64,000 nt of DNA. It comes from Cyanidioschyzon merolae. Its lineage: Eukaryota. Position 1 is the first letter of the stretch; every line of letters starts with the position of its first letter. The stretch lies in assembly GCA_000091205.1 (NCBI GenBank), contig AP006498.2. The stretch is one strand, 5' to 3'. The position numbers and the translations under genes were made by a program. The notes beneath the pieces are model-generated. The model saw only the letters and a program-made list of their open reading frames with translations. It had not been told where the DNA came from and ran no database searches. Of the stretch, positions 33,720 to 45,015 are shown one piece after another.

Positions 33720-34425
33720 GATGCGCTCCGCACCATTCAAAGGTGTTCGCAAAATGCCTATGCGGTCAATGGTAGATGACAACCCGTTGATCACCGTACA
33801 GAAAGCAAAAGCGACGATCATAGACGCCACGGGCGTCTCTCTTTCTCAACAGACAATACGTGTGGTCGTGGAAACTTTGGGATACAGCCCCAAAAAACGT
33901 CCTAATTCAGGTACAGCCATCTTTCACCGAAATGGCAACTAAAGCGTGCGTAAAACTCAGAGATCGGTATGGAGCTGAGAGTCATTGGTTTGGTTTTTTT
34001 CCGTCGATACGACTCTCGTCGGATGAAACGGTCGGAGCGCTTATGGGTATACGCGGAGCAGGGAGCCCGTTCCATGTACAATGGAACTCGAAGAGAACGA
34101 CGACCTCATCACCTGTTCTAGCTGCAGTGGATTCATTTGGCAGTCTAGGTTTCGTTCGTCGAGAGGGTTCATACAACAGTACCAACCACACCGCCGAATC
34201 ATTGATGGATTTTCGCTCGACGTCTGACGACGTTCTTCTACTTGACAATGTGGCATTTCACCATTTCCCTTGCGTTCCAGCTTTTGCCGATTCTATCGGA
34301 ATAAAGCTGCTTGTCATTCCTCTGCATACTCCGTGGTTGATGCCCATCGAAGGACTGTTTTCTATCGTGAAACGCAATGATCGCTCCACTGGGCGGATCG
34401 CTGCGTCTTTCTGTACACGGTGACA
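33720..34425 (+). mobile_element. Degenerate Tc1/mariner-like DDE transposase relic (copy B)
   Basis: HTH 'ITVQKAKATIIDATGVSLSQQTIRVVVETLGYSPKKRP' (33721..33942), then 'LLLDNVAFHHF...GIKLLVIPLHTPWLMPIEGLFSIVK' (33860..34423). This is the same DNxxxH / PPYSPDLNPIE-type region as copies A and C, and it is decayed. Confidence 0.5.
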
Positions 34426-35511
34426 CACCGGGGCACATGTCGTCTTTCTTCTGCAAGCTCTCTGCCCTGCGGGAATCTCCTCACCTAAAGGCATAAACAA
34501 GTTCCTTCATTTCAAAAAAATTGGAAAGTGAGCTCGGACGTACATTTCAGAAGGTCGATATCGAGAGCAGCCAGCGGAGCGCATCGGCGATAGAAAAATA
34601 CGGAGAGCTGACCTAGCACCGGATGGAACAGAGAGCGCGCGTTCTAGCAATCCCTGCATTCATGAATTTCATCAGAGTCAACAAACACATGGAGTATGCG
34701 AACTGAGACTCGCACGCCACCATCAATATCAGGCGACGTGTGATGCTGAGGACAAGGCCCGCAGACCTGTCGCGATCCAACGTTATGAGGCAACCCTTTT
34801 ATGCTCGAAAAGTACATGGAGAAGCTGAAGCAGATAACAGTAGGCCGATCAAACAGGCTGGGAAGCGTCTGCGGGTTGGTGTATATCCTTACCATCCATG
34901 GTTATGAGGTGTTTTCCGTTTTTATCGGTATAGCTGTCGTGTCTATATCTTGGGGCGCTCGTGCAGTTCAGGTGCATCTGAAGCACCTGCGGCCAGCCAA
35001 GGCGCTCATGCGACGCTGCCCCGTACTACTACTACGACTACTACAGATCAAATTTCTAGTTTCTGGACACTGGTACTCGACAGGCATTCTCAGAGGATCG
35101 CCACACAAGGCAAGTCGCGTGAGCGATCGTCGCCTACTGCACCCCAAGGCGCGCACTCGGTGAGAGGATGTCGTAAACACGCACGGCCTTGAACCCGCCC
35201 CTGCTGCTGCTACTGCTGCCGAGGATGATGATGTTGGTGGTGGCGGTAGCGGAGGTAGTCGGGGCTCTGATGCTGCTGCTGCTGCTGCTGCTGCTGTTGT
35301 GTCGCAGGAAACGCTCATGTGTTCCATTCTGTCACTCGCGTTGTCTGCGCTGGTGACCTGCAGACGCAGCACCGGAGCCGACACGTCGACGCCTCGGTAC
35401 CACCACGTGACGGACATCAAAGCGCCCGTTCCATATCAATCATGGCAGTCATGGCTGGGGAGTTTGCATCATCGAGGAGCACGCGCGGTGTCTCTGCGCG
35501 TGCTCGGCTCG

Positions 35512-36036
35512 CTAGTGGCTATCGGTTTCGGCCCAGGAGTTCTCGGCCCGCAGCTGAGCCTCTTCTTCGGGCGTAAAATCGTTTTCGATATTGAAGGTCG
35601 CTCGTATTTGCTCAGGGGTCTTGCCTCGTATCATGTCCGCGATGTGTCTACAACACAGATCCAGCAGAGATGGTATATCCAGAAAGTTTGCAGCCAGTGT
35701 TAAAGAGAATAGAAGACTCTGATCAACTCGCAGGAAATCGCGGTCCCAGAGCGTTCGTTCGCCTTTTGGGCGGTTCGGTTGCGCGTGGTATCGACAGTAC
35801 TCAATGACCTTAGCCAGGGTCTTGGCGTCGATGTCTTCCAGAAGTATCCCTGACTCGTCGCTATCGGCAACGTCCTCAAGCAGGTTTCGAATAACGTTGG
35901 AGACTTTCAGGATGGACTCTTCTACGTCAAAAACTTCGCCTTCAGCAGAGCGCAGACGAATAACGCGCCCGCCCCGGTAACCTGGAATGAGTGGTGCCTC
36001 TGAAGCGCCGTCCGCGGTCTCCATCGAACACGCCAC
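35512..36036 (-). CDS. SKP1: SKP1 (SCF ubiquitin-ligase adaptor), 174 aa
   Basis: Full-length match to the Skp1 family: 'IKLRSAEGEVFDVEE...ILKVSNVIRNLLED', 'AKVIEYCRYH', C-terminal 'FNIENDFTPEEEAQLRAENSWAE'. Confidence 0.9.
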   Translation of the reverse strand: MACSMETADGASEAPLIPGYRGGRVIRLRSAEGEVFDVEESILKVSNVIRNLLEDVADSDESGILLEDIDAKTLAKVIEYCRYHAQPNRPKGERTLWDRDFLRVDQSLLFSLTLAANFLDIPSLLDLCCRHIADMIRGKTPEQIRATFNIENDFTPEEEAQLRAENSWAETDSH

Positions 36037-38248
36037 TGTTCGCTCGCAAAAGCCTCCGTCGTTCTACCAGCCGCTCGCGGTGGACAGAGCGTACGTGCTT
36101 GTCTCTGTATCGTTTTAAGACAGGCACCTTTCGTTTTCACAGGGTAGTCTACCCCAGCGGGAACGCTTCCCTCTAAACAGCAGCCAAGTGCCCCCAGGAG
36201 CAGCCGTGTGCAGCGCTCAGCGCTTGCCAGCAACACTGCACTGTGCAGGGCGAGAGTTGGCGCCGCCCAGCGCGCCTGCGCGCGGGACACCACGACGTCC
36301 CCAGTGAAGCGTTCCGCATTCCCCGATAGCTGGCACTGATCGACATCGGACACTGAACTGCTTGCTCTATTCGTGATTGATGAGGTTCTCCTGAACATTG
36401 TTTCTGAATATACAGCTTCGACAATCGAACTGCAACAAGAGCGGCTTATGGATTTGTGCGTAGTCTTAGGACTCTCGGTGGTGTTCGCGGAGAGGCTCCT
36501 TCGAAGCGCTCGCCAGTGAAATTCGTATCGTGACTGTCATCAAGATGACGAGCGATACAATCGACTATAGTCTGTAAAGTATTCAGTTTTGTTATTCAAT
36601 TCATACGTAGAGACCTCTTTTGTCATGCATTCATGACGCGTAGCACAGTGAATGCAGGCATTATTGATGGACAAAAGAACCGGATACGGTTCTTCGGTGA
36701 CTGGATCACAAGCTCCTGCTGATACGATACTGAGCATGTCACGTTCAGTTATCGAAACCATTCGGAACGCAAATCCTCCTGTCTTTGTGGCGATTGAGGA
36801 GACGGGATTCGATACCAGCACGGTACCTGTGACCGCGTACGCTCCCAGAGGCACCCGTACCTTCGATGCTGGGTGCCTGGAGAGGGCGTTGGAGTCGGCA
36901 GCGGATCATCGCAGCGCTCGCTTTCCGTGGAGCATGCGTCACTGTGTTGGATGAAGACGGCGCAGGCAGATTGGTATCTCTCAGCTTGCCGTACAGCCTG
37001 GATGCTTTTTCCGGTACTTGTTTTATCATGAACAACACCGTCGTCCTCAAAGCCTCTATCGAATGGGACCGCGAGCATTTCAGCGTGGAGCGGGTGTCGC
37101 TCAGAACACGCCTGTGATCGTCAGGTACGGCACTGCGAACGGAGGCAGAGGAGCATATCGATGCGATCCTTCTGCACCCGTGAAGAGCGTGTGCCGAGCG
37201 ATACAAGCAAGCGTTCATGTGCCACAGGGCAGCGTTCTGAGCAGGATGAGAAGGCGGAGGTGGTGGCAGAGCAGGAGCATATGCTCTGGTCAAGGGGGCA
37301 CGCCTCAGCACATTCAAGTGACACCGCTGCGATGGGTGCACCCGCACTGGGTACAAAGCTGATGAAAATGACAAGCTATCCGTTGATCGCAACTTTTGCC
37401 TGTGCCTGGAATGCGTCGACAGCGGCCTGCAACGGTGTCACTGGGGCTTTCATCGCGCTGCCAACACGCTTCGACCGCTGACTGCAAAGACAGAAGCAAA
37501 GAAGAGACCGGCGTATTGAAAGCCAGAGATAATTGGAGAGCAAGAGGAAGCAGCGGCAGGCGAAGCCAGCAAAAGCCGATGTTCATGATGGTAAAAAAAG
37601 AGACCCAAACTCCAGCGGGTACGCCCGTCTTCGCCCGATGGACCCGTTCCATTGTAGTCTGACACGGGTGTACGCGACGCTGCCGCATGCGTTCAGGTAT
37701 ACCTCCGAGAGATCCTCGGTATACGCCTGCCCTTACATACGGCAAGTCGATCTCAACGTCAAGTGCCGTAACACGTGCGGCTCCTGCTCCAGACGCCGGC
37801 CGCTTGATCGCAACGCAATCCCGTGTGCTTGACGAGCTTCAATAAAAACGCTTTGGTGCCGACGTTATCGTTGCACACCAGGCGCATGACCCGATGCGAA
37901 AGCTGGGCAAACGTCATCGCTCGGGGCTCGATCCGCAGCGGAACCTCAGCATGCTAACTCGCAGTCAAAATGCAGACCTTGTTTCTGATCGACGATGCCT
38001 GGACCTTTCCGGTGTCCAGATCCAATGCAGCCGTGTCACGTGCGCTCACTCACTCACACACTCTCTCTCTCCCTAGAAAGCACAGATCGTATCTCTAGCC
38101 GCATGCACGTCTTGCGCGGTTCGAACGAGGCCTCTCTACGACAGGTTCATCGTTTGCGCTGTGGGTATGTTTCCGGTGCCAGTGATACCCACCATCCGCG
38201 GAGGCATGCGCTACGACCATCGCGATGGACTTTTGCGGCCTCCGCGGG

Positions 38249-38270
38249 CACACACACACACACACACACA
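38249..38270. repeat. (CA)11 microsatellite
   Basis: Direct read: 'cacacacacacacacacacaca'. Confidence 0.95.
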
Positions 38271-38418
38271 CCGAGTAACGCGGTTTATCGATTGCAGGGC
38301 GAAAGACAACCCGTTGCCAGCATAGGCATGGACAGGAGCATCCACTCGACTCGCTGGCGGCTCATCGAAGGGCCACTGGACCGCGTACGTTTCTTCGCTG
38401 ACTCGTGGTCCGCTGCGT

Positions 38419-40239
38419 TCAATTGAGGTCGCGAATCTCCACTTGCACCTCTTTCTCCCGATCAAACTCATCTTCAATCTCGATCAAATGGCCCAGTTTG
38501 GCCTTTTTCGTGCGCAAGTAGCGGATATTCCACTTGTTTGGCGTAACCTTTACAGGCACGCGCTCCATAATGGATAATCCGTACCCACTGAGACCGGTGT
38601 ACTTGCGAGGATTGTTGGTCATGAGTCGCATTTGCTGCACACCGAGGTCCACGAGAATCTGCGCACCAATGCCATATTCCCGGCTATCGACAGGTAGACC
38701 GAGATCCTCGTTCGCCTCAACGGTATCGCGCCCTGCATCTTGTAAGGTGTACGCACGGATTTTGTGCGAAAGCCCAATCCCTCGACCCTCTTGGCCGCGT
38801 AAATACACCAAGACGCCCTGGTTCTCGGCCGCAATTTTCTCCATCGCAAACTGCAGTTGCAGTCCGCAGTCACAGCGCAGCGAGCCGAAAACATCACCTG
38901 TACAACATTCACTGTGCACACGAACCAGTACGGGACGGTTACTGAATTGCTGCGGGTCCCCGCGGACCAACGCAAGGTGCTCGCAACCATCGAGCTCGCT
39001 AACGTACGCGTAGACCGTGAAATCGCCGTATTTGGTGGGCATTCTTGCACCCTGGGGCTCAATCCGGCGAACGAGCTTCTCCCGACGTCGTCGAAAACAA
39101 ACGAGATCCGCAATACTCGTCAAGACCAGTCCGTGCTGCTTCGAGAACACTTCCAAATCAGGCATACGTGCCATACTCCCGTCGCTGTCGTTGACGATCT
39201 CGCAAAGGACGCCGACCGGTGCCAGCCCTGCAAGCCGGCATAGATCGAGACTCGCCTCTGTGTGACCTGCACGTTTGAGCACACCACCCTTGGCATAGCG
39301 CAGCGGAAAGATATGACCAGGTCGGCGAAAATCATCAGCTGTGGACCTGGGGTTCGCCAGCGCCCGAATCGTCGCACTCCGATCAGCGGCAGAGATGCCG
39401 GTCGTGACGCCGTGCTTTAAATCGACGCTAACCGTGAAAGACGTCCGTTTCGGATCTTCGTTATCGGGCACCATCTGAAAAAGGCGCAATTCGTTCAGAC
39501 GCTCCTCCTCCATGGACACACAGATCACTCCGGATGTGTGGCGAACCATGAACGCGATCGCTTGAGGTGTCGCCTTCTCTGCAGCGAGGATAAGATCACC
39601 TTCGTTCTCCCGATCTTCATCATCAGTAACGACAACGAATTCTCCACGCTGCAGAGCTGCAATTGCATTCAGAACGGACTGCTCACCAAAACACCAGCCG
39701 ACGTCTTTATCAGTGGTCGCAAAGCCCGAGGCGCCTACGCTCCCGTTCTCGGTCTCCATTTCCGCTTCAGGCGCGTCTCTGAGTGAATCTCCTAAGCGCT
39801 CGGCCTCGCAGAACACACCTCTCGCAGCTAGCGACTGTACGTGCGACGAGTTCACTGCAGCGGGCGCTGGTGCAGGCGTCGCTCCCGGTGCTCGCTCTGC
39901 AGCGGTGCCGTCACCAGCGCTCTGAGCCAGTGCACCGCGCATGAGACTTAAGTTCTTCATGGTGCCTATGATTTTAAAATAATTGCGCCTTCCTAGAAAA
40001 TTTGAGGCTAGTTGTCGTCGAGCGTGAACACCAGAGACCGACCACGAGACCCTAGCGGGAACGCACTGAAACATGAGCCGCAGCAACCTGTTTCGTCGCA
40101 CTTGTTGCTTGCCAAGTCGTGAACTTGCTAGTGTGTTCCCAGGTCGCACGAAAGAAAGATCGCAAACTGCGCTTTCTTGTCCAAACGCTCTGGATATTCT
40201 CGGGGGAACACGACTTTTGACGAATGCGTTGTGCTTCAC
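38419..40239 (-). CDS. ribBA: Bifunctional riboflavin biosynthesis protein RibBA (3,4-dihydroxy-2-butanone-4-phosphate synthase + GTP cyclohydrolase II) with ~180-aa N-terminal extension, 606 aa
   Basis: DHBP synthase motifs 'VVVTDDEDRENEGDLILAAE' and 'RPGHIFPL'. GTP cyclohydrolase II zinc-ligand motif 'GSLRCDCGLQL' and 'YLRTKKAKLGHL'. The N-terminal extension is R/S/A-rich. Confidence 0.9.
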   Translation of the reverse strand: MKHNAFVKSRVPPRISRAFGQESAVCDLSFVRPGNTLASSRLGKQQVRRNRLLRLMFQCVPARVSWSVSGVHARRQLASNFLGRRNYFKIIGTMKNLSLMRGALAQSAGDGTAAERAPGATPAPAPAAVNSSHVQSLAARGVFCEAERLGDSLRDAPEAEMETENGSVGASGFATTDKDVGWCFGEQSVLNAIAALQRGEFVVVTDDEDRENEGDLILAAEKATPQAIAFMVRHTSGVICVSMEEERLNELRLFQMVPDNEDPKRTSFTVSVDLKHGVTTGISAADRSATIRALANPRSTADDFRRPGHIFPLRYAKGGVLKRAGHTEASLDLCRLAGLAPVGVLCEIVNDSDGSMARMPDLEVFSKQHGLVLTSIADLVCFRRRREKLVRRIEPQGARMPTKYGDFTVYAYVSELDGCEHLALVRGDPQQFSNRPVLVRVHSECCTGDVFGSLRCDCGLQLQFAMEKIAAENQGVLVYLRGQEGRGIGLSHKIRAYTLQDAGRDTVEANEDLGLPVDSREYGIGAQILVDLGVQQMRLMTNNPRKYTGLSGYGLSIMERVPVKVTPNKWNIRYLRTKKAKLGHLIEIEDEFDREKEVQVEIRDLN

Positions 40240-41199
40240 ACTAGGTCACCTGCGCAATGTCGCACGAACACCGAACTCTTTTCAAAAGAAAAACGCTGTC
40301 GCCAACGGTGTACAGTAATAGCGGTGAACGCGTCCTAGAGAAGACGTCGCTAACTGAGGTGCAGACGCCACCCCGTCTTTCTCGACCGGCCACCCACTAA
40401 TGCTTCCAACGTTTTCTCATATAGTTCACATTTTAGCAATTGTCCAATAAATTTCTTTCTTGTCAGCTCTGGAGGTCTTCTTTCCATCACCGCACATCTC
40501 CTGATATTGATTGCGGCGTGAGTGTCTCGGTTCACAAACTCCATACGTTTCTTGCCATCATTGGTTGTACTTACTAAAGCAAGTAGCCCTCGAACTTATG
40601 CCCTTCTTTCCATTTGCTCCTCCGTCAGCGGTCCGTACTTTGCTACATCCTCACGGCTCCTTTAAAAGCCCCACACACCACGCCCGGATGAGAGGTCTAG
40701 TTTTTCCGGAGGAGCTCTGAAAGTGGGTTAAACCGGGGTGTTCGGGCGACGGGTAAGGAAGCCCACGCCAGGGACCTTGACCGCAACGAACGGGGCGGCG
40801 GAGGCAGCAGCACGAGGAAATATTGACGAGAGTTCTGAGCAGTCATCCGCTGCTCCCGAGCCAACGCTGCGGGTTCCGGCGCAAATCCCGGATCCATCCT
40901 CGAACTCGGGCTACGTTTTACCTCCCACCTTGAGTACCTACCTCAACTTTGGAAACAATGTCGGCGGATACTTTGGAAGACGGCTGTCGATATGCTCGTG
41001 GTCGAAGCTGGAACGAGCGCTTACCCGCCTATATGTTTGGGGAGCGGATACTAAGCCGCTGAAAGGTTGGTTCGTAGACTGTTCCCAATGGTTGCGGGTA
41101 GCTTCACGCGTCCACCAAGGTGACGGTCGCATTTGAATCGACCTTGACTAATGTACTTCTGATTCTACGCTCGCGCTGCGGCAGAAACTCAATGAACAA

Positions 41200-44100
41200 C
41201 TGGAATGCAGGAGGCAATGGTGGCATGTACGTTCACACACCACGTGGGGGTGCGTCTAAATCGACGAAGTATCTCGGGAGCACCGCAGCGTTACTCCTAT
41301 TCCCTCACGCGCTACGACTCGATAGGTTTCGCGTCATGGAATATTTGCGGTGTGGCCTCGATACTAGACGACGAGATATCGAATTACCAGTACAGTAATG
41401 AAGAACTGATACAAGTCGAGAACTCTACAATAGGAAAAGATACCCAACGGGATACGGAGAAGGAGGCACAGGAAACTCATGATCCACGTAGATGCGAAAT
41501 AACCAGAGAAAGCAGCTCAGGAAAGAGCCCGAAGAAGAAGAAGACCAACAAGAAAAGACAGAAGAATAGAGAGAAGAACTCCTGAACGAGCCCATAACCA
41601 CTTATTCCCCGAAAGGGCACCCCAGCAGGAACTCAAGAAAGCTGCCGCCAAGCCAAGTCACCTACTCACAGCGTTGAAGATCCGAAAAGCCATGCATACA
41701 AATCTTTAGACCAATTGGCACGCGAGTATGTAGATGGGAATCAGAAGATTGCCAGAGAGCTGGGACTGCTTGCACCAGAACGCAACAGTTGCAAACCTCA
41801 GTACCTGAAACGACGTACCAATACCCGGATTGATGAATGCCACCGACTCAACAAAATCGTCAACCGCACCGCCATACATGCCAACGCCGGAGACAAGGAA
41901 GCGAAAGCAGCGCTACCGACGCTACAGGCGGAACATGAAGAAGCTATCAAAAGAAAGAAGAAACTCTCCAGAGAAGACAAACGAGAGGATCGAAACCGCA
42001 AAATCACCTCCCTGGCGGAATCTATGCTGGAGAGCACCAACAAAGATGAGACTTGGCGCTACGTCCGATCGAGACTGGACCCGCCAACAGACTGCTTGGG
42101 GCTCACACCAATTGTTTATAAGGAAGCGCTGAGGACGGAGCGTGCCTCAGTGAATGAGGCCTAGACGGACCACGGGACAGAGCTGCATGAAGACGCAACT
42201 GGGCACTGCCAAGACCCAATCTATTGGCACCAACATGCCGCAGAACTACCGCGCCTCGACCCGGTACCAGTATGGAACGACCCAATCTTCTGGCCTGAAT
42301 CTGTTCGGACCCTGCTATGCTCAAGCAACCGCAAAACACCTGGCATCGACGGTATCTCTGCGGAGTGGATGATACTGGTGACCCCAGAAGACGGGACAAC
42401 AGGGACACTATCGATACCAGATGAACTTGACACAAGCTTAGGCAAACGCCTTGTGGAGCTCATCCAACGCATGTTCGAAGAGGCGTACATCCCGGATGTA
42501 TGGAGGACTGCCGAGGTCGTACCGATCCTCAAAAAGGACTCTCACATACACAGACATGAATATCTACCGGCCTATCGGCCTCATCCCGTCAATCATGAAG
42601 CTACTTTGCGCCATTCCCACGAACCGGACTCAGAGGCGCTTCGAGGAACGCAAGTTCTTCGCCCCAGAACAGGCTGGATTCCGGAGCCACGAGGAGTGCA
42701 TGAGCCATGCCCTGACCCTCATTGAAGTGGCGCAGCGTCGCTTCATTAGCGGCCAACAACCAGCTTACGTATGCTTCATCGACTTTCAAAAGGCCTTTGA
42801 CACGGTCCCGCATGAGGCTCCATTTCTGAAGATGGAACGAGTCGAAGTCTCCGGAAAGTGCTTACCGTTCTTCCGTGCGCTCTAGGCAGACTCGTGGATG
42901 TGCACCCGACTGGGCGACTGCTGAAGAACCCCTTCGGTAAGAGTCCGCCGTGGACTGCGATAGGGCGACCCCACATCCCCGCTCCTTTTCAACATCTTCA
43001 TCAACGATCTGCTGAACAACTGCGGACAATACGGACTTGAGGTGCCGTGGATAGACTGGGGAGATGCCCGGTGAGGAGCCCTCACATAGGAACCGCCTCG
43101 CAGGCCTTCTATTCGCGGACGATGTCGTGTTGCTGGCTCCCGCCCCGGAAACGCTTGCGGCTAGCATGGAACAAGTCAGCGCCTGGGTCGATCGCTGGAA
43201 GATGAGCATTGCAGCATCGAAGTGCGGCGTCATGGTCATCCATGGAGACTCGCAGCGCATTCGCAATCGCTCGTGGCGGTTGCAGAATCAGGAAATTCCG
43301 ATCGTGGAAAAATATCGCTACCCGGGGGTCTGTCTAACGCCGACGATCGACGAAGAGGCACACGTCGACGAGATGATCGCCAAGATGCATAGACGTACAG
43401 CGATCGCACGCCCAGTCCTATCCGACCCCTCTATCTGCATAGCAATTCGTACCAGCGCACTTAGGATGTGTATCATCCAGCCTGCGACCTGGGGTGCTGA
43501 ATGGTGCGGCATGAAGCACACAAATGCCTCGCGTCTGCAGACAGCCGCCAACAGGGCAATAAGACTCGTTGTTGTTGGATGCTCAATGCAGAGCAGAGCA
43601 ACCAACCCGCTGGCACTCGGACTTGAACTCCAAATACCCTCAATAGAAGCGATAGCAGCAGGCTTCCGGGCATGTATATGGGCGAAGGGGTCCACCAAGC
43701 GCACCCGGTTCAGTCGGAGTTTCATGCAGATCCCAACGCACTCCAAGAAATCTTGGATGAAATCAACGCAGATTTGGGTGAAGCGCCTTTTAGGAGACAA
43801 CACGCTCCAATCGTTCCCCAGGAATATAGAAGGCTCCCGCCGCCTCTAGCGAACGGTCCAAACAAAAATATGGGAGGGTAGACACGGAACCAGTCGCCAG
43901 TAACGCCGGCTTGACTCTATACTGGAACTACAGCCTAGCCTGTTCATTCAAGTACTGGTAGGAGGTGCTGGAATTCCCGGGACTTGCTCGCGGTAGCCAG
44001 TGGCTCGCGAAAATCCGCGTTGGTGGCTTCTGGCTAGCGCCAGCTCTAAGCCGTATAGGAACACTGGAATCGCACTGTCCCTGCTGTGGAGACGATAACC

Positions 44101-44430
44101 CCGAGACGCTGACATATTTAGGCTTAGAGTGCCCGCGCTGGAAGCAGGAGCGCAGCGTGCTCCTTGAAGGACAGCAGCAGCTGGACATCACCGTGATAGC
44201 AAAAGGCCGGACACTCACTTTGAGTGTAGCACTGGCAACTGATGGTCCGCTAACGGAGCCTCAGCGCTCATTAGTGGCGAACAAACTCACATGCTACGTT
44301 CTGGGCGGAAGGTCCAGCGGATCGGATGCGCACACGGGCTCAGTGCGCTTTCTGCGCCTACCCACTGTGGTGAGCGTCAAGCACAAACCCACATTGCCAA
44401 CCGACAACAACGCATTCCATGCATGATCAC
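41200..44430 (+). mobile_element. Non-LTR (LINE-like) retrotransposon relic carrying APE-endonuclease remnant, reverse transcriptase and C-terminal Cys-rich domain, disrupted by frameshifts
   Basis: Successive + strand ORFs in shifting frames. EN-like 'ASWNICGV' (41205..); RT motifs 'YRPIGLIPSIMKL', 'FIDFQKAFDTVPH' (42451..42885) and 'LLFADDVVLLAPAPE...AWVDRWKMSIAASKCGVMVIHG' (43064..); C-terminal 'CPCCGDDNPETLTYLGLECPRWKQER' (43965..44426). Confidence 0.75.
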
Positions 44431-45015
44431 GAAGGAGAGAGGCAGCTCCCAGGATATATCTGAACAGCCATGTTTCTCCAGCGTGTCGTGCAGCGAATAC
44501 AAGCCTGCATCCGCAGACTGTCCGAGCACAAACTGACGATGAGACCGGATTCTACGTCGGGTGAACCATGCCTCGAGCCGACGCCCTCTGTGGTATGGAA
44601 AAGCAGTTCTAGCTCTATGAACTATCTGCTCCAGCATTTAAGGCGCAAAGGCGGATACGGAACGGCAGGTACGAGGCACACACGATAGGACGTATGAAAC
44701 GACCAGAATATCCGAGAAGAAGTACAGGTAAAGTAACTTGGAAGTAGGGGGTTTCATAAATACTTCACCGCGCACTGGAAAAAAAGTGAGAAAAGAAAAA
44801 GCGCTTGATCGGAGAACGCTGACCCAAGGAAACGTCTTCTCCATAGGAAAAAGAACCTGCACCACACAATGGGCGAGTCGAGCGCGTCCACGGTGCTGCT
44901 CGCCGCCGGAGCGCAAATGCCCCAGAGCGGCGATTCCCAGTTCACGTTCGCACACACTGCACCACACGACGTCGAAGGTGCGTAGCAGAGACTTCGAAAA
45001 GCGGGTTTTCTGCTC

